Positions 54,943-64,000 of a stretch of 64,000 nucleotides of DNA are shown piece after piece. The position numbers were made by a program, and so were the translations under genes. Location of the stretch: the IMG/VR virus record IMGVR_UViG_3300017705_000783, positions 1 through 64,000 of that record; one strand, given 5' to 3'. Origin of the DNA: a virus. Taxonomy: Duplodnaviria > Caudoviricetes. Below the pieces are notes generated by a model. The model worked only from the letters and a program-made list of their open reading frames with translations, did not search any database and had not been told where the DNA came from. Every line of letters begins with the position of its first letter. Positions within the stretch are counted from its first letter, which is position 1.

Positions 54943-56564
54943 TAGAGATACACTATATCTAAACTAAAATTATTAAGTTGTATTATTTCATTATGATCTA
55001 CAGGGATAATATCATCAATATTATCAATTGTTGCAAATCTAATTTCTGATAGCTGGAATATCTTTCTCTCCAGCTCAACTTTAAGAAATTCTTGTCCAAA
55101 TTCCATATTATCCACAAAGAAAAAGTCTAGTACCTGTGCGGTTACCTTTCTTTTAATTTCTTCTTCTATTTCTCGATATTCTCTATCTAATCTAAGATTT
55201 ATTGTTAAATCTAAAGTCCGTATCACTCCATCATTTATAACTACATGATCAGTAAGCATCTTCTTAGCATCAATTTCAGTTAGTAGATTATTTTTAAATG
55301 TTGGAGACGCTTTTTGAAGTTGTAGGTCGGTAGCCTTCTCTAATACGAATAAATCAATTATATTAGCAGAAGAAAAGCCCTCCCTAGTAACTGCTGCTAC
55401 CTTGGCAGTCGTTCCAATAGCACTGTAGAACCTACTTCCGAATGCTATATAATCTTCTAAAGTTACAAGTCTATCTTGGGATTTAAAAGTATAAGGAGCA
55501 TATCTCTTAGCCTGTTCTGCTGTTTCTCCGTTTCTACCTCCCGTCATCTCGCTTATATTCTCTACTCTCCAACTAAGGGAATTATCATCTCCATCGGTTC
55601 CTGTTATTAACGCATTTATAGATTCTTTTACTAAATTTCCTCTGGATCCACCACCAACTCTATAAGTTACAGCATAAGTTGCATTATGAGGAGGAGCTTG
55701 CGAAATAGCACCATCCCCAAAAATAACAACACCGTTATAGTTATTAGAATAGGCCACCTCAAAGATTTTATCAGAGCTACCCGAGGCAGAGAATATCTTA
55801 TCTACTTGAGTATAGGTTCCAGTTGCAGATTGATCTGCTGTGGAATCTGCTGTAATATACACTCTAACGCTTTTTTCTACTACAGGACCTTCACCTAAAG
55901 CTATAGTTTTTACTTGATCAATGGAGCCAAATGTTCCTGTCTCTAAGATTAGAGCACCCTCTAATAATGCTAAATTAGAGTACACGGAGCTTAGACTATT
56001 ATCAGAATCAGTTGCTCCATTTATTGTTATAGAGTCTGCGCTATTTTCTATATTTACTACTTCATTATTTGAATTTAGCTTATATAGGGAATATGTTACG
56101 GGGCTCCCATCCTCAGGAGAAGCTACTGTCACAACTCTATTTTGGTTAGAGAAAGATACTGCGGAGACTTGGGAGTCTGTAGGGTTTGTGGACTCATTCC
56201 AAGTTAATTGTGCTCTAGAGGACGCAGAGGCTGGTCCTTTTAAGGACACCCCTATAAGTTGAAGTAATTTTCTTAGATTATTTCTATTTTTTACTGTATT
56301 TAAAAAACATTCATTAGCTAGAGTATCTGCCTTAAATGAATTTACCGCACCCATATAGGCCACAAGCTCTACTAGCATCATCCCTAATTCCGAACCATAA
56401 AAGTTATTAAAATCTTCGGGGTACACCGCATTTATGTACTCAACCAAAGATTGTTTTATTGTCTCGTAATCAACAGCAGCAAAATTTATAAAATCAGATT
56501 TTCTATTCTCTGGTATCTTACCTAGTTTCATAAAATCTGAATCTACAGTTCCTGAAAAACTCAT
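54942..56564 (-). CDS. gp6: Baseplate wedge protein (gp6-like)
   Basis: DYETIKQSL..Y...YPEDF..F..SELG..LVE..AY, ANECFL.T, YRVGGG.RGN, GG..GET, QDRLVTLEDY. Confidence 0.92.
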   Translation of the reverse strand: MSFSGTVDSDFMKLGKIPENRKSDFINFAAVDYETIKQSLVEYINAVYPEDFNNFYGSELGMMLVELVAYMGAVNSFKADTLANECFLNTVKNRNNLRKLLQLIGVSLKGPASASSRAQLTWNESTNPTDSQVSAVSFSNQNRVVTVASPEDGSPVTYSLYKLNSNNEVVNIENSADSITINGATDSDNSLSSVYSNLALLEGALILETGTFGSIDQVKTIALGEGPVVEKSVRVYITADSTADQSATGTYTQVDKIFSASGSSDKIFEVAYSNNYNGVVIFGDGAISQAPPHNATYAVTYRVGGGSRGNLVKESINALITGTDGDDNSLSWRVENISEMTGGRNGETAEQAKRYAPYTFKSQDRLVTLEDYIAFGSRFYSAIGTTAKVAAVTREGFSSANIIDLFVLEKATDLQLQKASPTFKNNLLTEIDAKKMLTDHVVINDGVIRTLDLTINLRLDREYREIEEEIKRKVTAQVLDFFFVDNMEFGQEFLKVELERKIFQLSEIRFATIDNIDDIIPVDHNEIIQLNNFSLDIVYL

Positions 56565-57055
56565 CCTATGTTTACCTCAACTTCAAAGGGATCTATAAGA
56601 TTATTACTTCGTATTTGTCCCGTTAATTTAACTACCAACCCATTCTCTGCTATAGTGGGATCAGATTCAAATATACCTAGCTTTATTATTTCAAAGAAAG
56701 GTACAAAGATACTGATTTGTGTCGTTATATCCGCTCTTAAAATTTCAAATGTTGTTATATCAAGAGGAGAAAAGGCGTAATCATCTAAATTAAGACCAAA
56801 AGAAGAGTTCATTACCCTTTCACCTTTACGAGTTAGGAATAATTGTCTCAACATCCCTCTTATTAGTTCTTTGTCCACTGATTTTGCAAAATAATCTACA
56901 TTGGATACTTTTTGTACGTCTCCAAGGACTCTTTTTGTTCTAGATTGAGCAAAAGGATAGCTAATACCCATTAAAAATTTATTTTGGGAGGCTATCTGTC
57001 TCTTAGCTGCTTTAGAAGGCAAAGATCCGTAAATATTTTTGTTATCAGAAATCAT
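56561..57055 (-). CDS. gp25: Baseplate wedge subunit (gp25-like)
   Basis: LFLTRKGERVMNSSFG.NL..Y.F.P; directly before gp6. Confidence 0.88.
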   Translation of the reverse strand: MISDNKNIYGSLPSKAAKRQIASQNKFLMGISYPFAQSRTKRVLGDVQKVSNVDYFAKSVDKELIRGMLRQLFLTRKGERVMNSSFGLNLDDYAFSPLDITTFEILRADITTQISIFVPFFEIIKLGIFESDPTIAENGLVVKLTGQIRSNNLIDPFEVEVNIG

Positions 57056-60000
57056 TATGTTTGTATATTCTTAAAGAATCCCTTCTGAGCATTAAAGTTC
57101 TTTAATACTTCCGCACTATTTAGTGCCCTTTTATATAGCTTTAAACTCCCGACCATTCCATTAAAGCCACTTCTTAAGCCACCGTCCTTAGATCCAAGAA
57201 AATTCATACCCGAATCGGAGCTTGGGCTATATCCAAATTCTTTATTGGTCATTCCGTCTGTGTAACCGCCACCAATTATCCAAGGGGTAAACCCTGCCGC
57301 TCCTGGGGCATTCCATCTCCAGAAATCTCCCTGATATACAGCAGATGGAATATAGGTTATAGATCCTTTTGGTAAAGAATTTTCATATAAATTTGTGTAG
57401 CTGAAGCTACTAGAATCTACAGGAGACGGGATATTAGGAGGTCCTGTAAATCCAAAAGTATTAACATAATTTTGAGACAGAACCTCTACCCCATCAGAGT
57501 AAATAGCAACTCTTCCATCCCCAGAAGGATCACAAGTTATAGATAAATGCTTAAAAGTAGATGAACAATCTCCCAAAGCAGAAGTAGTCCCAGTAGGACC
57601 TGTCACATCTAACACTGCTCCCAAATATCTCTGGGGGTCGGTGGTATTTGCGAAACAATCTAAACTAGCTTTTGGTATGAAAGTTATACTACTAGTATTT
57701 ATAGACCTTGTGGGTGCCATATAAAACTTTAGATCAGAATCTACAGGGTTTAGTCCAGTATCATTTGAAAGAGGTAAGTTCTTTGTAAATCTCCTATCCC
57801 TCGTAAAGCCTACCAATAAACCCTTAACGGAGTCGTAATCTTGGAATATCTCCATTCTTTCTGCGTCTGTAACCTGCTTATCTCCCCCACGGTTCTCATT
57901 ACCTAAAAGAATCCTGTGCATGGAGGAGGATTCTAGAGAAGTATCCCACCCATCATAACTACTTGTCATTAATGTGGGTACATGAATCCAACAATCTAGA
58001 GTAAAACCTTCTCTCTTATAAAGAAGACTTTCAAAATCATTTATATTTTGAGGAAGCCTCATATAACTTAAAGGATTGTATGGGGACTGTAGGTACTGGG
58101 CAGAGGGAGGAGATAAGTAGTAGGACGCTTTAGTATTTGTCCCTGAGAAGAAACTACAAATACCCTTGAACTGGGCTATCCCAACTCCAGAGGGATACAC
58201 GGTGTCAAAAGAGCTTGCTACTATTTGTGCATTGTATGAAGTCCCAGTATCAGCGGTATTTTCTACGCTAAAATTTATTGAGTCTGGTTTGGATTCTACA
58301 TTAGCCCCTAAAAAATTATAACAAGAAATCAAATCTGTAGTTACGATGTTGTCTGTGAGGGACACTACAGGGGCTTGGGTAGATGTTACCGATGATGCCG
58401 ATGATATTATTGAACCTCTTCCTGTCGTAGGAACATGTAAATGATTTATATAAACTGTTTTTAAGGCAGTGTCTTTCTTTATTGTACTTGCTATCTTTAA
58501 AGGCAGCACGACACTGGAAACTTCTCCAGGTAGAAAGGCTAACCTTGATTGAGCCTTTTCATGTATTTTTATTTGTGTGTTATCTAAGAATGAAAAATCA
58601 TTAACAGGAACTTTCCCTATTTCTGCGCCTCCCAAAACTACAGCTATTTGTATTTGTTTCTTTCTTCTATTTATTTTATTTTCATAAGTTTCAATGGTTG
58701 AATTTACATTTTGCTTCGCATTACTAACCAAGGCAGAGTCTTCAGCGTACCCACTAACCAATAAATCTTTTATATAGGAAGAGGTATCATAAACTCGTCT
58801 ATTTCTTTCTCCTTGAATTTGTGTTAGAAAACGATCTTTGTTATAATATTCTTTTATCTTTGGATCGTTTTCTAATTCTGTATTTTCAATATCGAATATA
58901 GTGTTAGCCCATTTATTAAATTCCTTTAAAGAAACAGATTCCCCCTTACCTCCGCAATTAGGATTATACAAATACATCCATCTTAGAGATGCTTCGGGAA
59001 TAACAGATTCACATTCAACAATATCTTCTAAATTAGAAGGTAGATCAATCCCCCCATTAACAGAATCGTAGTAAATGCCTGTTCTTGTTAAAATAAACTT
59101 TTCTTTAGTACTTATGGGAGGATCTAGCCTCTCAGGTTTAACCCAGAACTTCTCCTGTGGTAGCTTTTCTTCATCTACGGTCCACCTACCTCCTGCGTCT
59201 TCACAGGCTTGCTTATCCTTGTACTGTGTCCCTAAACTGCAATAACCTCCCTGTCCAGGCATCCTAACACAAAATCCTGTCCCTTCTAGTATCTCAGCTA
59301 CAGTTTTTCCTTGGCTTTCTACATATACGGATCCATCAAAGCAGGGTTCTGGGTAGTTGTCGGGATCAAGGTAACGATTATTAAGTATTTCATTGATAAT
59401 ATTAAGTTGTTCTTGTGATTTTGTAACAAAAGCAAGAGCATTAATTATATTTTTCCTCTCCACTGCGTATTTTGCATCTAAATCTTCTCTATATTCCTTT
59501 ACTTTGTCAGGGTCCACTCCTGGTATCCATACCCCTCCTGCATCTTCACAAGAAGATGCATCAATATGATCTGCGTTTCTTCTGCCATTTATCTTACAAA
59601 AACCACCAAAGTTGGCATACTTACTAGCAAGAGCGGAGTGGTTAGATTTCAAGGATTCATGGGTTGAAAGTTGATCAATACAATTAGCTATTTGCTGGAC
59701 TTTATCGACAATACCAGTAACTGTATCCCAAACCTCGCTAGCCATTCCTACCAAGCTTCCGAGAGAACCAAGAAAACCTCCACCTAAGACAGAATCACTC
59801 AAATTGCTGGTTAATGTCATCATCCCATTAGCGGTTTTTGCTTCTATTATTCCAAGTTGCAGGAACAACTTCCTCTTTTGTTCCTTAATGTAATCCTGAG
59901 CTGCTTTCTTTCCTGCTTGAATAGATTTACTTAAACTCTCTAGTGGACTTGAAGGAAATAATGCTAACACTTCTCCCGCTAAGTCAGTAGCACAAGAAGG

Positions 60001-60093
60001 AACTCCGAACTGAGTCTCTAAAATATCCATAGCGGGAGTCTGGTTATCAAGAGTATTAAATAAAAAATCTGCTTTTTGTCTATCAAATCCCAT
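57055..60093 (-). CDS. Baseplate-associated protein with CxxxGGxW repeats and a C-terminal LamG/ConA-like domain
   Basis: GFTLDCWIH, FKHLSITCD, FNGMVGSLKLYKRALNSAEVLKNF; two CEDAGGxW repeats. Confidence 0.7.
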   Translation of the reverse strand: MGFDRQKADFLFNTLDNQTPAMDILETQFGVPSCATDLAGEVLALFPSSPLESLSKSIQAGKKAAQDYIKEQKRKLFLQLGIIEAKTANGMMTLTSNLSDSVLGGGFLGSLGSLVGMASEVWDTVTGIVDKVQQIANCIDQLSTHESLKSNHSALASKYANFGGFCKINGRRNADHIDASSCEDAGGVWIPGVDPDKVKEYREDLDAKYAVERKNIINALAFVTKSQEQLNIINEILNNRYLDPDNYPEPCFDGSVYVESQGKTVAEILEGTGFCVRMPGQGGYCSLGTQYKDKQACEDAGGRWTVDEEKLPQEKFWVKPERLDPPISTKEKFILTRTGIYYDSVNGGIDLPSNLEDIVECESVIPEASLRWMYLYNPNCGGKGESVSLKEFNKWANTIFDIENTELENDPKIKEYYNKDRFLTQIQGERNRRVYDTSSYIKDLLVSGYAEDSALVSNAKQNVNSTIETYENKINRRKKQIQIAVVLGGAEIGKVPVNDFSFLDNTQIKIHEKAQSRLAFLPGEVSSVVLPLKIASTIKKDTALKTVYINHLHVPTTGRGSIISSASSVTSTQAPVVSLTDNIVTTDLISCYNFLGANVESKPDSINFSVENTADTGTSYNAQIVASSFDTVYPSGVGIAQFKGICSFFSGTNTKASYYLSPPSAQYLQSPYNPLSYMRLPQNINDFESLLYKREGFTLDCWIHVPTLMTSSYDGWDTSLESSSMHRILLGNENRGGDKQVTDAERMEIFQDYDSVKGLLVGFTRDRRFTKNLPLSNDTGLNPVDSDLKFYMAPTRSINTSSITFIPKASLDCFANTTDPQRYLGAVLDVTGPTGTTSALGDCSSTFKHLSITCDPSGDGRVAIYSDGVEVLSQNYVNTFGFTGPPNIPSPVDSSSFSYTNLYENSLPKGSITYIPSAVYQGDFWRWNAPGAAGFTPWIIGGGYTDGMTNKEFGYSPSSDSGMNFLGSKDGGLRSGFNGMVGSLKLYKRALNSAEVLKNFNAQKGFFKNIQT

Positions 60094-61334
60094 TAGTCTA
60101 AATCTACCCTTATACCGCTATTAATATCTATATATGGAGCATTTAATTCTATTTTCTCTCCACTTGTGATACTTACTTTCTGTGTTGCTACTATATCTAC
60201 TGTACCACCAGTAGTAATAACTATTTTAGAAGCACTATATGGCGCACTTATATGTATAACAGAATCGGGACCCAGAGCCTCTAAATTAATATTATTCCAT
60301 TCTGATTTTATATTAACACACCCATAACTCTCATCTCCCTTGTCTAAAGGGTTAAATCCGAATCCTGGCGGGAAAAGGTCAGGGTGTACTTGCCCTACTC
60401 CAAAAACTGAAGCCCAAGGGAGGGGTGGGTACGCCACAGACTCGATCTCATCTACCTCGGGGATGTATATAGCGTCTCCACCTCCAATAAATGAAAGTTT
60501 CCTACCTGCTGGGTTTGGGGACATAAAACCTGTAGAATCATTAAGGATTTCGATATTTCTTCCTTCTTTAACTCTAACTTCAACTCCTGCGTCCCTACTA
60601 ACTATATTTGCAGGTCCGTGAGTATCTACCCTAAATTCTCCCGCTGAATATGTTCCACCTTCTACCCCTGCGGCATCTTGCTTCCCTGCTAAGATTATAT
60701 GATCTTCGATTAATGCATCGTCTTGTCCTGTAGTTATATTAATAAAATCTTGAGCAGGAGTTTCACATAATTCTATCTTCTTACCAGCTCCCCCTTGAAG
60801 AGTAGTTGTTGCGTTCATCCATGCATCAGAATCCCCTCCAACTTTCTGATCTGCGATAATGATCCCGCCATTACCCTTTCCTAAAAATGCATTTTTAGAT
60901 GGAAGAATATCATTGGCATAGGTGTCATCTATCCATAAAGGAAGAACAGGGGGGCTTTCAGCGTTTGCTCCCAAAGATGTAAAGTCTATCTTATCTCCTT
61001 TAGTTTGGAGAGTTGTAGCTCCCTGTGGGTTTGTGGTAAAATCAGAGTTCAATTCCTCATCATCTAGAGCGTCTGCTAGAAATCTATTGGTACCGACTAT
61101 AGCTCCTAAATAATAAAGACCAGCCGACCCCCTATTATGATTTGAAGCATCTACCTCAAGAACTAAAATCTCTGTACTTGGAGTTGGTGGAGCAAAAAAT
61201 CCACCGTCCACATTATTTGAGGGACTTACGTAAGTAACCCATACTGGGCTTGGGCTGTTAGGAAGAATCACCGTAAACCTACCAGTCTTTGTTATATCCT
61301 CTACGGTATGGACTGTACATCTATAAACTTGCAT
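60093..61334 (-). CDS. gp5: Baseplate central spike (gp5/VgrG-like OB fold plus beta-helix, no lysozyme domain)
   Basis: ED..KTGRF.V...W...SP....GFFAPP..STEILV; C-terminal beta-helix repeats ending IELNAPYIDIN. Confidence 0.7.
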   Translation of the reverse strand: MQVYRCTVHTVEDITKTGRFTVILPNSPSPVWVTYVSPSNNVDGGFFAPPTPSTEILVLEVDASNHNRGSAGLYYLGAIVGTNRFLADALDDEELNSDFTTNPQGATTLQTKGDKIDFTSLGANAESPPVLPLWIDDTYANDILPSKNAFLGKGNGGIIIADQKVGGDSDAWMNATTTLQGGAGKKIELCETPAQDFINITTGQDDALIEDHIILAGKQDAAGVEGGTYSAGEFRVDTHGPANIVSRDAGVEVRVKEGRNIEILNDSTGFMSPNPAGRKLSFIGGGDAIYIPEVDEIESVAYPPLPWASVFGVGQVHPDLFPPGFGFNPLDKGDESYGCVNIKSEWNNINLEALGPDSVIHISAPYSASKIVITTGGTVDIVATQKVSITSGEKIELNAPYIDINSGIRVDLD

Positions 61335-61337
61335 CTT

Positions 61338-64000
61338 TTAGTTCTCTAATTTGTAATTCTTAACTATATTAAAAGAAGTACTCACCTTTCCTTGGCTAAC
61401 AATAAAACTAAGTCCCTGTATTGTATATTCCCCAGATAACCATTTAGAGGGTTCACGGCTATCAAAGAAATCATTTATTTTAATATCAGGTTCTCTAAAA
61501 TTAATATTAATTTTAGACATTAGACTTCTAACGGGGGACATAAATTTATAATATGGTAAAGTTTCTATTTGTCCTGTAAATGTAACTTCGGATACCCTCT
61601 CTCTCATAGCTAATATATTATCTATAGCACTAGATTTTTGTATAGGATCAACGATAACGTATTGATGGTTTTCTATCGCAGAAAAATTAGCCTCAAGGTA
61701 CTCCATCACACTGTCTATAAACTCTTCTCTAGTGAATCCTAGTAACGCCTCTTGAATCTCCCCTCTATCCTTAAATGGTAGTCTATCAAATATTGGAGTA
61801 TTGGGAACAGGAGTCTCTTCATGCTTATCATACCAAGCCTCTACAATTCCCCGTATGTTCCCCGTGTCTCTATTTCCAGTATTCTTAATATAACTAGCTA
61901 TAGATCCAAATAAGTTATTATGAGAGGCATTCCTACCTAACAAGCCATTTGTAGCTATAGTAGGTATAACATTAGCTATAAGGTATGCGTACCATGGACG
62001 TAAATCAAAGTTAAAACTTAATATATCAGAATTTATATCTCCATAAGTAAAGGTGTGCATAACAGTTTTTTCAATAACGTCAGAATATATCTCTCCCTTA
62101 AACTCCACAAATGCTTCATGCAGGGCTGCGAATAGGGTATCATTAGTAGATTTAAAATCTTTACTTTCTTTTATTTGCGAAAGATTAGAATAAGCCTCTC
62201 CTGTAGATATTAGAATAAATCTATCAAAATCTTCTTTTGTGCTGGGGGGGATACCTTTTTCAGCGAGTTTTGTATAAACTAGTTCACAAAGTTTAATCTC
62301 TGAAAATACTTGAGTTATAAAAGTATCGGCTGAATTTATTTTACTTAAAATACTTAAAGCTTGATCTTTCATTTCTTGTCTAGTTTTTCCTGTTAATCTA
62401 ATATGAATATCAACTATCATCTTTTCCATTTGCTTACGAGCGTCTTGATGTGCCTCATCTCCAGTGCGAGAGAGTCCTGCCCCTGTAAGGTTGGAGGACT
62501 CTGTGGGTGTAAAATCTTCTGCTATCGTAAAACCTAAGTTCTGAAAAAAATCATAAGCTGCGTTCAAATGTAATACATACTGATCTACACTATCTATTGG
62601 TATGGGTTTTCTAACTTCCTCTATGTCTACTCCTGTTATTCTTTTGTATGCATCAGCTCTATCTAAATTATTAATATTTCCTTTGCGCCACCTTTTTAAA
62701 TCTTGCTCAGTTAAGTATGCTCTGACCTTATCTTCTGCACCTTCTGCGACAAGCTGATCCAGAGTTTTTTTTATTTCCCCTAGTATCCACTTTCGTTGTT
62801 CCTCAGGAGTTCGCCTTTTCCCTTTTTTTTGGGCACGAATACCACTCTGTCTTGTGCGTGTTATCCCATGAAGGCCAAGGGATCGCAGAAGAGGAGCGTG
62901 GGACACAATGATATCACCAGCGTCTCCAATAAAATCCTCAATGCCCGCATACCACTCCGTAAGATCGTTCGTAGTCATGTAGGCCAATGCCGCCTTCTGA
63001 AGGTCCGCAAGTTTAGCCCTTCTCTGTCCCGTTTCTTCACGAGAGTACCGTTCTCTTATTCTTGCTTCCTCGGCATCGTCCCTAGCTTTCCATCCCGTAG
63101 TTCGCCATCCTGCTTTATCAAGAGTATCCCTAACTTGACCCCCATGCGCCCCTGGTATGCTAGCCATCACGCCCGAAGGAGTCTCCCCTATTTGTAAGGG
63201 TCCAAATAGATCCTTATATATCGGGGCAAATTCTGTTGCTCGATTGAATTCTTGTCCAGCCCCTCCTCTACGTAAATTATACCCCTTGGTACTAGCCATA
63301 AAATTGTTAACGGCATTGGTACAGGCAGCGGACCAAAGCCTGTCTAGGGCTTCATATACAGATTTTTGTGCTATTAAAAAAGTAGGTACATCAGTGAACT
63401 TAGCAAAAGTATCTTTTATAAGATTAAGAACTAAAATAGGGGCGCGTTCTACTACTACCAATTCATCAACATACTTGGAATCTATGTATGTTCTTTGGAT
63501 AGAATAAGTTCTATTTAGATTTCCTGTTGTAACCGCTTCCTCTTCGGGGGTAGCACCTAAGGCCGTCATTCCTGAGGAGGGAGCGAATGTAAGTGTAAAT
63601 ATTCTTACATTATTGGGACCCAATTCATAATTTACATAAATAAGATCTACCTTTTGGGTAGGTGCCCATTTTTTGGGGTCATCTGTCTCCCCAAAAGTTA
63701 TCATAATTCCATCTGTTTCCTTTGATATACTCCTATTACCATAAGAAGATATCCAATCGGAATAACTTTTAGATCCTATAGAAAAGAAAGAGAAAAATCT
63801 ATCTTCAAAGGTATTAGTAGGATCTAATACTTTGACAACAAATTGCCCCTGCTCCCTTGAAGCCCCCCCTGCATTTATACTATAAGAGAACTCAAGTATA
63901 TCTGAGTTTTCAATAGTAGATAAAAATATAGCTTTATGGTCCTTGTCGATGGCTTTCTTATACCACGAGAATACTGACCCTTTGGCCTCTGGGTCTTTCA
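61338..64000 (-). CDS. Large hypothetical protein, possibly baseplate hub (5' end runs off the window)
   Basis: The reading frame is open from base 63998 through the track's ATG 63704 (KDPEAKGSVFSW...QFVVKVLDP...GIMITFG). C-terminal LSGEYTIQGLSF..SQG.VST.F resembles hub proteins; upstream of gp5. Confidence 0.5.
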   Translation of the reverse strand, partial: KDPEAKGSVFSWYKKAIDKDHKAIFLSTIENSDILEFSYSINAGGASREQGQFVVKVLDPTNTFEDRFFSFFSIGSKSYSDWISSYGNRSISKETDGIMITFGETDDPKKWAPTQKVDLIYVNYELGPNNVRIFTLTFAPSSGMTALGATPEEEAVTTGNLNRTYSIQRTYIDSKYVDELVVVERAPILVLNLIKDTFAKFTDVPTFLIAQKSVYEALDRLWSAACTNAVNNFMASTKGYNLRRGGAGQEFNRATEFAPIYKDLFGPLQIGETPSGVMASIPGAHGGQVRDTLDKAGWRTTGWKARDDAEEARIRERYSREETGQRRAKLADLQKAALAYMTTNDLTEWYAGIEDFIGDAGDIIVSHAPLLRSLGLHGITRTRQSGIRAQKKGKRRTPEEQRKWILGEIKKTLDQLVAEGAEDKVRAYLTEQDLKRWRKGNINNLDRADAYKRITGVDIEEVRKPIPIDSVDQYVLHLNAAYDFFQNLGFTIAEDFTPTESSNLTGAGLSRTGDEAHQDARKQMEKMIVDIHIRLTGKTRQEMKDQALSILSKINSADTFITQVFSEIKLCELVYTKLAEKGIPPSTKEDFDRFILISTGEAYSNLSQIKESKDFKSTNDTLFAALHEAFVEFKGEIYSDVIEKTVMHTFTYGDINSDILSFNFDLRPWYAYLIANVIPTIATNGLLGRNASHNNLFGSIASYIKNTGNRDTGNIRGIVEAWYDKHEETPVPNTPIFDRLPFKDRGEIQEALLGFTREEFIDSVMEYLEANFSAIENHQYVIVDPIQKSSAIDNILAMRERVSEVTFTGQIETLPYYKFMSPVRSLMSKININFREPDIKINDFFDSREPSKWLSGEYTIQGLSFIVSQGKVSTSFNIVKNYKLEN

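Larger units (their letters stand above)
1..64000 (-). mobile_element. Segment of a large T4-like (myovirus) bacteriophage genome
   Basis: Recognisable gp23, gp21, gp22, gp13/14/15, gp18, gp19, gp6, gp25, gp5, gp41, gp46/47, gp32, UvsY and gp55-like genes; dense co-oriented genes; no integrase or host core genes. Confidence 0.97.

Noticed and set aside
520-63507. Numerous 60-150 aa plus-strand ORFs in the track (e.g. 520..786, 5700..6098, 26418..26816, 36367..36756, 36866..37324, 62796..63197)
   Set aside because: They lie antisense to well-supported minus-strand genes, lack SD sites or motifs, and are the expected shadows of biased codon usage. Only 23722..24084 and 24751..25266 are supported on the plus strand.
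1-64000. Stop-codon reassignment as an explanation for the broken genes
   Set aside because: TAA, TAG and TGA all terminate genes at expected positions, long genes are uninterrupted in code 11, and the breaks are frame changes rather than in-frame stops.
1-64000. tRNA genes, CRISPR arrays, DGR reverse transcriptase/template repeats, integrase, IS elements
   Set aside because: No cloverleaf, spaced repeat or relevant protein motif was seen; the intergenic gaps are all short (about 110 bp or less).
63705-64000. A separate gene or frameshift at the G7 run (63863-63869) upstream of the 61338..63704 ORF
   Set aside because: Manual translation shows the same frame open to the window edge, so it is one gene truncated by the window.

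Overview
The whole window is a segment of a large, AT-rich, lytic T4-like myophage genome, almost entirely on the minus strand. No tRNA, CRISPR, integrase or host housekeeping genes are visible. Reading in transcription order (right to left): baseplate and tail-fibre genes (gp5-like spike, LamG protein, gp25, gp6, large wedge protein, three tandem paralogs, two fibre/tailspike proteins, PAAR); head assembly (putative internal proteins, gp21, gp22, gp23); neck, sheath and tube (gp13/14/15/18/19); an 830-aa probable internal head protein; a small strand-switch region with a Holliday junction resolvase and a minimal gp55-like late sigma; replication/recombination genes (family A DNA polymerase split over three ORFs with an N-terminal UDG-like domain, gp47/gp46, class II RNR, gp41 helicase, UvsY, gp32); small membrane/lipoprotein genes; and an 11.6-kb glycan island running off the left edge. 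The most notable items are (1) an apparent GmhA-independent nucleotide-heptose/octose pathway (transaldolase, RpiB fused to an HldE-type nucleotidyltransferase, HldE-type kinase, HAD phosphatase, cupin, GT9) flanked by a B12 radical SAM enzyme and a DdhC/RfbH deoxygenase; (2) a three-piece PolA whose exonuclease active site is split between two ORFs, at a junction that needs an ATC start or a -1 frameshift; (3) a -1 frameshift at a G4 run in a tailspike gene. All annotations come from motif recognition by eye; no database searches were run.
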